Below, one piece after another: positions 29,837-37,642 of a DNA stretch of 64,000 nucleotides. A model generated the notes under the pieces. It made no database searches. It was not told the origin of the DNA and saw nothing but the letters and a program-made list of their open reading frames with translations. The stretch is from Pseudomonadota bacterium (lineage in GTDB: Bacteria > Pseudomonadota > Gammaproteobacteria > Burkholderiales > SG8-39). The position numbers and the translations under genes were made by a program. The stretch covers positions 1,676 through 65,675 of the forward strand of contig JAPLRD010000028.1 of the NCBI GenBank assembly GCA_026399375.1. The letters are read 5' to 3'. The number at the start of each line of letters is the position of its first letter. Positions within the stretch are counted from its first letter, which is position 1.

Positions 29837-30598
29837 TTGGATAAACTGAAGAAACTGTCGCAGGCCCTGGGTGACAAGGAATCCGGCTGGCCCCGGATCG
29901 CCAACTATCTGCGACTTCAGGCGGGCATCTACTATCGCAAATCGTGGTCGCAGTGCGGCGAGGACCTGATCCTGCGTTACCTGTTCGATCTGCTGCACAT
30001 CGCCCGGCCCACCTATATCGACATCGGCGCGCACCATCCCTGGTATTACAACAATACCTACCTGTTCTATCGCCAAGGTGCACGCGGGGTCAACATCGAA
30101 CCGGACCCGTCGCTGCATGCCGGACTGGTCCGGGGGAGGCGACACGACATCAATCTCAACATCGGCATCGGCCCGGGCGAGGCGGAGCTGGATTTCTACG
30201 TCATGTCCACGCGCACCCTCAACACCTTCTCCGCCAGCGAAGCGAAGAAATGCGTCGAACAGCATGGCCTGCGCATCGTCGATACCCGGCGCATCAAGGT
30301 GCAGACCTTCGCCCAGGTGGTAGGCGCCCACATGGGACGCGCGCCCGACCTGGTGTCGCTCGACGTCGAGGGGCTGGACCTGGACATCCTGCGCTCCATC
30401 GACTTCTCCGTGTATCGCCCGCACGTGTTCTGCGTCGAAACCATCAGCTACGCCGCAGGGGACGGCAGCGGCATCAAGAGCCCGGAGATCCATGCGCTGA
30501 TGCTCGCCAACGGCTACAAACTGTACGCGGACACCTACATCAATTCCGTCTATGTCGCGGAGAGCAGCTGGCGCGCTTTGGGAACAAGGTCAGAGTGA
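29837..30598 (+). CDS. FkbM-family methyltransferase
   Basis: The blocks YIDIGAHHP...GVNIEPDP...LDVEGLDLDILRSIDF fit the FkbM pattern. The TTG start is uncertain. Confidence 0.75.
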   Translation: MDKLKKLSQALGDKESGWPRIANYLRLQAGIYYRKSWSQCGEDLILRYLFDLLHIARPTYIDIGAHHPWYYNNTYLFYRQGARGVNIEPDPSLHAGLVRGRRHDINLNIGIGPGEAELDFYVMSTRTLNTFSASEAKKCVEQHGLRIVDTRRIKVQTFAQVVGAHMGRAPDLVSLDVEGLDLDILRSIDFSVYRPHVFCVETISYAAGDGSGIKSPEIHALMLANGYKLYADTYINSVYVAESSWRALGTRSE

Positions 30599-31449
30599 AC
30601 ACGCCACAAGCACTGGTCAGTGTCGGCATTCCCACCTACAACCGACCGGAAGGACTGCGCCGGACGCTGGAATGCATCACGGCACAGACTTATTCCAAGC
30701 TGGAGATCATCGTTTCGGACAATGGTTCGCCAAGAACTGAGACCGAGCTGGTGGCGCGGGAGTTCATGGCGCGGGATGCGCGCATCCGTTTTTTCCGCCA
30801 GCAACCGGCGCTCAGCATCAGCGCGAATTTCCAGTTCGTGCTGAAACAGGCCCGTGGCGAGTTCTTCATGTGGGCCGCGGACGACGACGAATGGGACCCC
30901 GACTTCGTGCGTCTATGCGTTGCCGGATTCGACGCTGGCAATACCGTGTCGGTGATGTCCCATATGCGCACGCTCTACCGCGTCCAGGGCACCCAGCGCG
31001 CGGTCGACATGCCACAATTGGCGGCGGCCCGGTCGACGGCTCAGCGCATGGCGGCCTTCCTGCGCTGCCTTACGCCCGGCCTGTTCTATGGCTTGCACCG
31101 GCGCGAGCAGATACTTTTTTTTGCCACCGATCCAAACTGGTTCGATTTCTACGATTGCTATTTCGTGTTGCGCCTGCTGAGCAAGGGTGACATCGTGATC
31201 CTCGATCCGGTTCTGTATACGGCAGGGGTCGATGCCCCGACCTATCAGGTGAAAGCGGCCCGGCGATATCGGGTTCTGGGCCTGGACTATCTCAATTTTT
31301 TTCGCTCGGTATCCGGCCTGATCACGCGCGCCGGCATGAGCCTGCAGGAACGGCTGTGGCTGCGTGCCCGGCTGGCGTTGACGGTCCTGCGGCTGCTGCT
31401 GTGGCACGAGCCACGCTTTCTCTGGCAAAGGGTACCCCGGTGGCACTGA
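30595..31449 (+). CDS. Glycosyltransferase family 2
   Basis: The start is a GTGA overlap. GT-A motifs are VSVGIPTYNRPEGLRRTLECI, IIVSDNGS and WAADDDEW. Only the last 284 aa of the 501-aa track ORF are credible. Confidence 0.8.
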   Translation: MNTPQALVSVGIPTYNRPEGLRRTLECITAQTYSKLEIIVSDNGSPRTETELVAREFMARDARIRFFRQQPALSISANFQFVLKQARGEFFMWAADDDEWDPDFVRLCVAGFDAGNTVSVMSHMRTLYRVQGTQRAVDMPQLAAARSTAQRMAAFLRCLTPGLFYGLHRREQILFFATDPNWFDFYDCYFVLRLLSKGDIVILDPVLYTAGVDAPTYQVKAARRYRVLGLDYLNFFRSVSGLITRAGMSLQERLWLRARLALTVLRLLLWHEPRFLWQRVPRWH

Positions 31450-32171
31450 AATCCTGGTTCAAGGCCAGCCCCTTGTTCAGTTTCAACCTGGTCAACCGCG
31501 ACCGCTGGGTGGCGGCGCAGGCCGCGAGCCTGCCCGCGGGCGCGAAAGTGCTCGACATGGGTGCCGGCTCCTGCCCCTACCGTCCGCTGTTCGCGCATTG
31601 CCGCTACCAGACCCAGGATTTCGCGGGGTTGGAGGGTGAACAGCTGCGACACGGAAACTACGGTGAAATCGACTACCGCTGCGATATCGCAAGCGTGCCA
31701 GTGGCGGACGGGGAGTTCGACGCCATCCTCTGCACCGAAGTGCTGGAGCACGTGCGCGAACCGATCAAGGTGGTGCAGGAAATGGCGCGCATCCTCAAGC
31801 CCGGCGGGCGCCTGATGCTGACCGCGCCGCTGGGTTCCGGGATCCATCAGGAGCCGTACCACTACTACGGCGGTTACACGCGTTACTGGTATCAGGACTT
31901 CCTCGCTGCGGCTGGGTTCGCGCAGATCAGGGTGGAAGCGAATGCCGGTTCGTTCAGGTTCTTCGCTCAGGAAGCCATCCGCTTTGTGCAGACCACGCGA
32001 CCGTTCAAGCTGGGCATGCCGCTGCTGGCGGAGCTGCTGTGGCTGCCGCTGTGGCTGCTGCTCGCCCCGGTGCTGGGGCTGGCGCTGCCCGTCGTCTGCC
32101 GCCTGCTGGATCGATTCGACCGGGAACAGCGCTTCACCGTCGGCTATCACGTCACCGCTGTCAGGAATTGA
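31440..32171 (+). CDS. Class I SAM-dependent methyltransferase
   Basis: GTG start at 31440, with a 10-nt overlap. The SAM motifs are VLDMGAGSCPY and ARILKPGGRLML. The C-terminus has a hydrophobic tail. Confidence 0.75.
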   Translation: MALKSWFKASPLFSFNLVNRDRWVAAQAASLPAGAKVLDMGAGSCPYRPLFAHCRYQTQDFAGLEGEQLRHGNYGEIDYRCDIASVPVADGEFDAILCTEVLEHVREPIKVVQEMARILKPGGRLMLTAPLGSGIHQEPYHYYGGYTRYWYQDFLAAAGFAQIRVEANAGSFRFFAQEAIRFVQTTRPFKLGMPLLAELLWLPLWLLLAPVLGLALPVVCRLLDRFDREQRFTVGYHVTAVRN

Positions 32172-32217
32172 GCGCAAGCGCGATGTCCGGACAATTTTAT
32201 TTCAGCGAGCGAAATTG

Positions 32218-33102
32218 ATGGTCATCGTTCGCCTGACCGGCGGACTGGGCAACCAGATGTTCCAGTATGCCGCCGGCAGAGCCCTGGCCGACCGGCTGGC
32301 AGCGAATTTGTTGTTCGACACGCGCGCGCTGGAGCATGCGTTCGCGCGCAATGCCTACACCCGCCGTCCCTATGCCCTCGCGCCGTTCAAGCTGCGCGCT
32401 AGGCCGGCGACCCCGAAGGAGCTGAACCGCTGGCCGGGATGGGTGGCGGAAATCGGGATGCGCCTGCGCCTGGCGCGCCCCCTGTTTCGCCACTGGCATT
32501 TCGAGTCCGGGATCAGCTACGACCCGAGCGTGCGCACGCTGCAAGCGCCGGTCTGTCTGGTGGGCTACTGGCAATCCGAACGCTATTTCACCGACATCGC
32601 CGACAGCATACGTGCAGACTTCACGCTGGCGCAGCCCTTGCACGGCGACAACGCCGGGACGCTCGAACTGGCGCACAACGGCAACAGCGTCGGACTGCAT
32701 GTGCGCAGGGGGGATTTCGTCAGCCTCAGCGACGCGGCGGAGGTACACGGCGTATGTTCCATCGACTATTACCGGCGCGCGATCGACGTCCTCAAGAACC
32801 GCTGCGCGGACTGCCATTTTCTGGTGTTCTCCGACGATCCGGAATGGGCCCGCGCTGAGCTGCCGCTGGATCCGTCTGCAGTGTTCGTGACCGGAAACGC
32901 CGAAGCGCCCGAGCGGGATCTCGCATTGATGAGCGCGTGCAGACATCACATCATCGCCAACAGCAGCTTCAGCTGGTGGGCGGGATGGCTGGGATACCAT
33001 CCGGAGCAGGTCGTGATCGCGCCCGCCCCCTGGTACGCGAACCCGAAACTGGACGCACGCGATCTCACGGTCGCGCGCTGGCAGTACATCAGCCGCGTCT
33101 GA
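32218..33102 (+). CDS. Alpha-1,2-fucosyltransferase-like glycosyltransferase (GT11)
   Basis: All three GT11 signature motifs are present: GGLGNQMFQYAAG, LHVRRGDF and ANSSFSWWAGWL. Confidence 0.85.
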   Translation: MVIVRLTGGLGNQMFQYAAGRALADRLAANLLFDTRALEHAFARNAYTRRPYALAPFKLRARPATPKELNRWPGWVAEIGMRLRLARPLFRHWHFESGISYDPSVRTLQAPVCLVGYWQSERYFTDIADSIRADFTLAQPLHGDNAGTLELAHNGNSVGLHVRRGDFVSLSDAAEVHGVCSIDYYRRAIDVLKNRCADCHFLVFSDDPEWARAELPLDPSAVFVTGNAEAPERDLALMSACRHHIIANSSFSWWAGWLGYHPEQVVIAPAPWYANPKLDARDLTVARWQYISRV

Positions 33103-33139
33103 CACCTCACCATCCTGGATCATTTTTCGACAAACCGGC

Positions 33140-34057
33140 ATGCCTGAAATCTCCGTCCTGCTTCCCGTGCGCGATGGCGCGCGCACCCTGGCTCTGGCCA
33201 TGCTGTCGGTGCTGGAACAAAGCTTCGGCGATTTCGAATTGCTGCTGCTTGACGACGGATCGGCCGATGCCTCCCTGGAAATCGCGCTCGCCTTCGGCGA
33301 TCCGCGCGTGCGCCTGCTGCGCGATGGAAAGAAGCAGGGCCTGGCCGCGCGGCTGAACCAGGGCATCGCCGCGTCAGCCGGGCGTTACATCGCGCGCATG
33401 GATGCGGATGATGTGTGTTTCCCGCAGCGGTTTGCGCGCCAAGCGGCGCGCCTGAATACCGAGCGTTCGCTCGACCTGGTCGCCTGCAGGGTGCTGGATT
33501 TCAACGACAGCGGATTGGCCACCGGTCTTCGGCCTTTCCGCCTGAGTCACGACGCGCTGTGCGCGCAGCCGTGGAACGGGTTCTACCTGGTGCACCCGAG
33601 CTGGATGGGGCGCGCGGACTGGTTCCGCCGCTATCGCTATCGCGCGCCCGAACTGGAACGCGCCCAGGACCAGGAGCTGCTGTTGCGCGCCTACCCGGGC
33701 AGCCGTTTCGCCGTCCTGGACGAAATTCTGCTTGGATATCGCGCCGGGCCGGTCGCCCTGCGCAAGACCTTGCTGGCGCGCCGCTGCCTGCTTTCGGCGC
33801 AGATCGAACAGTTCGCGCAGCGCCGCCAGTGGGGCTATCTGGCGTTGGCAACCCTGGCGACGGCAATCAAGCTGCCGCGGGACCTGCTCCTTGCCGCGTC
33901 CGCAGGGACCGCGCGCAGCAGCGGCAATGTTCCGTCGGACGTCGAACAGACCTGGAATGCGCTGCTGAACCATCTCCACCACCGACTGGATGAACTGAAC
34001 CTGCCGCACGATGTCGCTCCTGCAAACTCATCCGGGACGTCGACGCATGCAGGCTGA
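33140..34057 (+). CDS. Glycosyltransferase family 2
   Basis: The motifs are ISVLLPVRDGARTL, LLLDDGSAD and ARMDADD. Confidence 0.85.
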   Translation: MPEISVLLPVRDGARTLALAMLSVLEQSFGDFELLLLDDGSADASLEIALAFGDPRVRLLRDGKKQGLAARLNQGIAASAGRYIARMDADDVCFPQRFARQAARLNTERSLDLVACRVLDFNDSGLATGLRPFRLSHDALCAQPWNGFYLVHPSWMGRADWFRRYRYRAPELERAQDQELLLRAYPGSRFAVLDEILLGYRAGPVALRKTLLARRCLLSAQIEQFAQRRQWGYLALATLATAIKLPRDLLLAASAGTARSSGNVPSDVEQTWNALLNHLHHRLDELNLPHDVAPANSSGTSTHAG

Positions 34058-35210
34058 CCCTCAACGCCCGCGCATCTGCATCGTGGCCGCGGCGCCCTTG
34101 ACGCTGAAGGCGTTCATGCTCGGCCATCTGCGCGCTCTGTTGAAGATCGCCGACGTGACTGTCGTGGCCGATTTCACCGCGGAAGACGCCTCGTTTCCTT
34201 GGCCAGAAGAACTCACGCGCGTGGCCATTCCCATCGCGCGCCCGATTGCGCCATTGTCCGACCTGCTGGCGCTGCTGGCGCTGTTGCGCCTGTTCCGGCG
34301 GCGGCACTTCGACCTGGTGCACTCGATCACCCCGAAGGCAGGCCTGCTGGCGATGCTCGCCGCCTGGATCGCAGCCGTACCGCTGCGCATGCACAGTTTC
34401 ACCGGCCAGGTATGGGTCACGCGCAGCGGATTCATGCGCGGCGTGTTGAGGAGCGCGGACCGGCTGATCGCGCACCTCGCCACCCACGTCCTGGCCGACA
34501 GCGGATCGCAGCGCGCGTTCCTGATCGAGCAGGGTATTGTGGCCGCGTCCAAATCGGCGGTCCTGGCGCAAGGCTCGATCTGCGGCGTCGACATCTCGCG
34601 CTTCCAGCCCGACGCCCTGGCGCGCGAGCGCATCCGGCGCAGCCACGGCATTCCTCCCGAGGCAGTGGTGTTTCTCTACCTCGGACGCATCAACCGCGAC
34701 AAAGGCCTGCACGACCTGGCGCAGGCCTTCGCCGAGTCGGGCGCCCGCCACCCGGACGCGCATCTGCTGCTGGTCGGGCCGGACGAAGGCGATTTGTCCG
34801 CGTCGCTCATCCGCGCCGCGGGCGGCTGCGCCGCGAGGCTGCACCGCGTAGCGCTCACCGACCGGCCGCAGGACTATTTCGCCGCCGCAGATGTCTTCTG
34901 CCTGCCCAGCTACCGCGAGGGCTTCGGCACCACCATCATCGAAGCCGCCGCCGCGGGCGTGCCGGCCATCGGCTCCAGAATCTACGGCATCACCGACGCC
35001 ATCGTCGAAGGCGAGACCGGCTTGCTGTTCGAAGCAGGCAGGGTGCAGCAACTGGCCTCGCGCATGGATACGCTGGCGCGCGACGCAGGCCTGCGCCGGC
35101 GCATGGGAGAGAACGCGATGCAGCGGGCGGTGCGCGATTTTTCCGCTTCCGTGGTCACAGCAGCGCTGCTCGAATATTATGCAGGGCTGTTGGCGCGTCG
35201 CGCCGACTGA
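34047..35210 (+). CDS. Glycosyltransferase family 4 (PglA/WbpH-like position next to the initiating transferase)
   Basis: It has the GT-B fold with an EGFGTTIIEAAAAGVPAIGS (E-x7-E) block. The start is at ATG 34047, with an alternative at 34011. Confidence 0.8.
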   Translation: MQADPQRPRICIVAAAPLTLKAFMLGHLRALLKIADVTVVADFTAEDASFPWPEELTRVAIPIARPIAPLSDLLALLALLRLFRRRHFDLVHSITPKAGLLAMLAAWIAAVPLRMHSFTGQVWVTRSGFMRGVLRSADRLIAHLATHVLADSGSQRAFLIEQGIVAASKSAVLAQGSICGVDISRFQPDALARERIRRSHGIPPEAVVFLYLGRINRDKGLHDLAQAFAESGARHPDAHLLLVGPDEGDLSASLIRAAGGCAARLHRVALTDRPQDYFAAADVFCLPSYREGFGTTIIEAAAAGVPAIGSRIYGITDAIVEGETGLLFEAGRVQQLASRMDTLARDAGLRRRMGENAMQRAVRDFSASVVTAALLEYYAGLLARRAD

Positions 35211-35224
35211 GGGTCTGGACGGGC

Positions 35225-35833
35225 ATGCTCAAACGCGCTTTTGATTTTTTGGTGGCTCTCATCCTGCTCATAGCGCTGTCGCCGCTGCTCGCGCTGCTGG
35301 TGCTGGCGGTGCGCTGGAAACTGGGCCGGCCCGTATTGTTCGCGCAAACGCGGCCCGGACTGAACGGCGCGCCGTTCGGATTCTACAAATTCCGCACCAT
35401 GACCGATGCGCGCGACGCGGCGGGGGATCTGCTGCCCGATGCGGCAAGGCTCACACCGTTCGGGGAATTGATGCGAAAATCGAGTCTGGACGAGCTGCCG
35501 CAACTGGTCAACGTGTTGAAGGGCGAGATGAGCCTGGTGGGACCGCGGCCGCTGTTGATGGAGTACCTGCCCTTGTACAGCGAGCGACAGGCGCGGCGCC
35601 ACGCGGTGCGTCCCGGAATTACCGGATGGGCGCAGGTGAACGGCAGGAACGCACTGGCATGGGAGGAGCGCTTCGAACTTGATGTCTGGTACGTGGAACA
35701 TCGCTCGTTCTGGCTCGACCTCAGGATCATTGCCATGACGGCGTGGCGCGTGGCGCGGCCGCGAGGCATAACGCAGCCGGGACACGCCACCATGACCAAA
35801 TTTGCGGGATCGCAACGCGACGGGAAAAATTGA
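35225..35833 (+). CDS. Undecaprenyl-phosphate sugar phosphotransferase, small PglC/WbaP-C-terminal type (initiating transferase)
   Basis: 202 aa. The motifs MLKRAFDFLVALILL, KFRTM, DELPQL.NVLKGEMSLVGPRP and GITGWAQV are canonical bacterial sugar-transferase motifs. Confidence 0.9.
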   Translation: MLKRAFDFLVALILLIALSPLLALLVLAVRWKLGRPVLFAQTRPGLNGAPFGFYKFRTMTDARDAAGDLLPDAARLTPFGELMRKSSLDELPQLVNVLKGEMSLVGPRPLLMEYLPLYSERQARRHAVRPGITGWAQVNGRNALAWEERFELDVWYVEHRSFWLDLRIIAMTAWRVARPRGITQPGHATMTKFAGSQRDGKN

Positions 35834-36468
35834 AGTCCAAAGAAAAACTCGTAATTTTCGGTGCCGGCGGCCATGCCAAAGTGGTGATCGACATTCTCGA
35901 ACAGCAGGGAGATTATGAAGTCGCCGGCCTGCTCGATGACGATCCCAAACACCAGGGAAAGAATTTTTTCGGCTATCCGGTGCTGGGTACGCGCGCCGAT
36001 TTGCCGGTGCTGCTGTCGGCACAACTGGGCCATGCCATCGTCACCATCGGCGACAACGCCGTCCGCGCAGCGGTGGCGGCGCACCTGGAGCAGATTGGCT
36101 GGCGCTTCGCCAGCGCGGTCCACCCTCGCGCCTGCATCGGACGGGGCGCGCAGATCGGGCCGGGCAGCGTCGTCATGGCCGGCTGCGTGGTCAACTCCGA
36201 CACCCATCTCGGCGCTCACGTGATCGTCAATACAGGCGCCACGGTGGACCACGATTGCCGCATAGGAGATGCCGTGCATATCGCACCCGGCTGCCACCTC
36301 TGCGGCGGCGTGAGCGTGGGCCCGGGCACCTTGCTCGGCGCCGGCACCGCGGTGACGCCGGGTGTGAAGATAGGCGCTCGGGTAGTAGTCGGCGCCGGCT
36401 CCACCGTAATCCGCGATGTGGCCGATGCAGCCAAAGTCTCCGGTTCGCCGGCAAAGCTGCTGGATTGA
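35830..36468 (+). CDS. Left-handed beta-helix sugar N-acetyltransferase (PglD/NeuD/WbpD-like)
   Basis: The N-terminal Rossmann-like block is LVIFGAGGHAKVVIDIL, followed by hexapeptide repeats. The TTG start overlaps the upstream stop. Confidence 0.85.
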   Translation: MKSKEKLVIFGAGGHAKVVIDILEQQGDYEVAGLLDDDPKHQGKNFFGYPVLGTRADLPVLLSAQLGHAIVTIGDNAVRAAVAAHLEQIGWRFASAVHPRACIGRGAQIGPGSVVMAGCVVNSDTHLGAHVIVNTGATVDHDCRIGDAVHIAPGCHLCGGVSVGPGTLLGAGTAVTPGVKIGARVVVGAGSTVIRDVADAAKVSGSPAKLLD

Positions 36469-36470
36469 AC

Positions 36471-37640
36471 ATGGGGCCCAGAGAAAAAGCCCTGACTGAG
36501 CCGCAACGCCTCGCGCTGGAAGGCGGCACACCGGTGCGCAAGGACCCCTTTGCGCCCTGGCCGGCGTTCGAGGCAGACGAGATCGAGGCGGTGGCCGCGG
36601 TGCTGCGCTCCGGCAAGGTCAACTACTGGACCGGCGAGCAATCGCAGGAGTTCGAGCGCGAGTTCGCCCGCTTCGTAGGGGTCAAATACGCCGTGGCCCT
36701 GGCCAACGGCACGGCCGCACTCGAGCTTGCGCTGTATGCATTGGGCATAGCCCCGGGCGACGAAGTGGTGGTGCCGTGCAAGACCTTCATTGCCTCGGCC
36801 AGCTGCGTCGTGCGCCTAGGGGCGACGCCTGTCGTCGCCGATGTCGATCCGGACAGCCAGAACATCACCGCGGAAAGCATAGAGAAGGTGCTGAGCACAC
36901 GCACCAAAGCCGTCATCGTGGTGCACCTTGCCGGCTGGCCCTGCGAAATGGACGAAATCCTTGCGCTGGCAAGAGCGCGCGGCCTGCGGGTGGTCGAGGA
37001 TTGCGCCCAATCCGTGGGCGCGCGCTACAAGGGCCGCGCGACCGGGGCCATCGGCGATATCGGCGCGTTTTCGTTTTGCCAGGACAAGATCATCACCACC
37101 GGCGGCGAAGGCGGCATGCTGGTCACCGATTCGCGCGAGCTCTGGGAAAAGGCCTGGTCGTTCAAGGACCATGGCAAGAGCTACGCCGCGGTGTTCGAGC
37201 GCGAGCACCCGCTGGGCTTTCGCTGGCTGCACGAAAGTTTCGGCACCAACTGGCGCATAACGGAAATGCAGGGCCCCGATCAGGGCCTTGCGGCGGTGCC
37301 GGGCTTGCGCCTCGCGCTGCCGCCCGCCCATAGCGAGCATGCCTATTACAAGTACTACGCCTTCATCCGCCCTGAAGTGCTGCGCCCTGAATGGAATCTG
37401 GAGCGCATCCTGGAAGCGCTCAATGCCGAAGGCATACCCGCGAGCGTCGGCGCATGCAGCGAGATTTATCTCGAAAAAGCCTTCGTCGATGCAGGGCTCG
37501 GCCCGAAGCAGCCGCTGCCGGTCGCGAGCAAGCTGGCAGCCTCGAGCCTGATGTTCATGCTGCACCCGGGGCTCACCGGACAGGACATGCAGGACACCTG
37601 CAGCGCACTCGCAAAAATCATGCGTGCGGCGACCGTCTAA
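36471..37640 (+). CDS. DegT/DnrJ/EryC1/StrS-family sugar aminotransferase (PglE-like), with an apparent internal in-frame gap
   Basis: The PLP-lysine block is FSFCQDKIITTGGEGGML. The NGTAALELAL and EDCAQS motifs are present, but the conserved EMQAAIG..QL segment is absent (TEMQGPDQGLAAVPGLRL). Confidence 0.8.
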   Translation: MGPREKALTEPQRLALEGGTPVRKDPFAPWPAFEADEIEAVAAVLRSGKVNYWTGEQSQEFEREFARFVGVKYAVALANGTAALELALYALGIAPGDEVVVPCKTFIASASCVVRLGATPVVADVDPDSQNITAESIEKVLSTRTKAVIVVHLAGWPCEMDEILALARARGLRVVEDCAQSVGARYKGRATGAIGDIGAFSFCQDKIITTGGEGGMLVTDSRELWEKAWSFKDHGKSYAAVFEREHPLGFRWLHESFGTNWRITEMQGPDQGLAAVPGLRLALPPAHSEHAYYKYYAFIRPEVLRPEWNLERILEALNAEGIPASVGACSEIYLEKAFVDAGLGPKQPLPVASKLAASSLMFMLHPGLTGQDMQDTCSALAKIMRAATV

Positions 37641-37642
37641 GC

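Noticed and set aside
34199-35224. The N-terminal 342 aa of the 544-aa ORF 34199-35833. Analogous long N-terminal extensions occur in ORFs 29944-31449, 31942-33102, 37391-39448, 46547-48367, 48953-50980 and 50854-52782.
   Set aside because: In each case the extension overlaps the preceding well-supported gene in another frame and has Arg/Ala/Pro-rich nonsense composition. Conserved family N-termini with overlapping stop-start codons define the shorter genes reported above.
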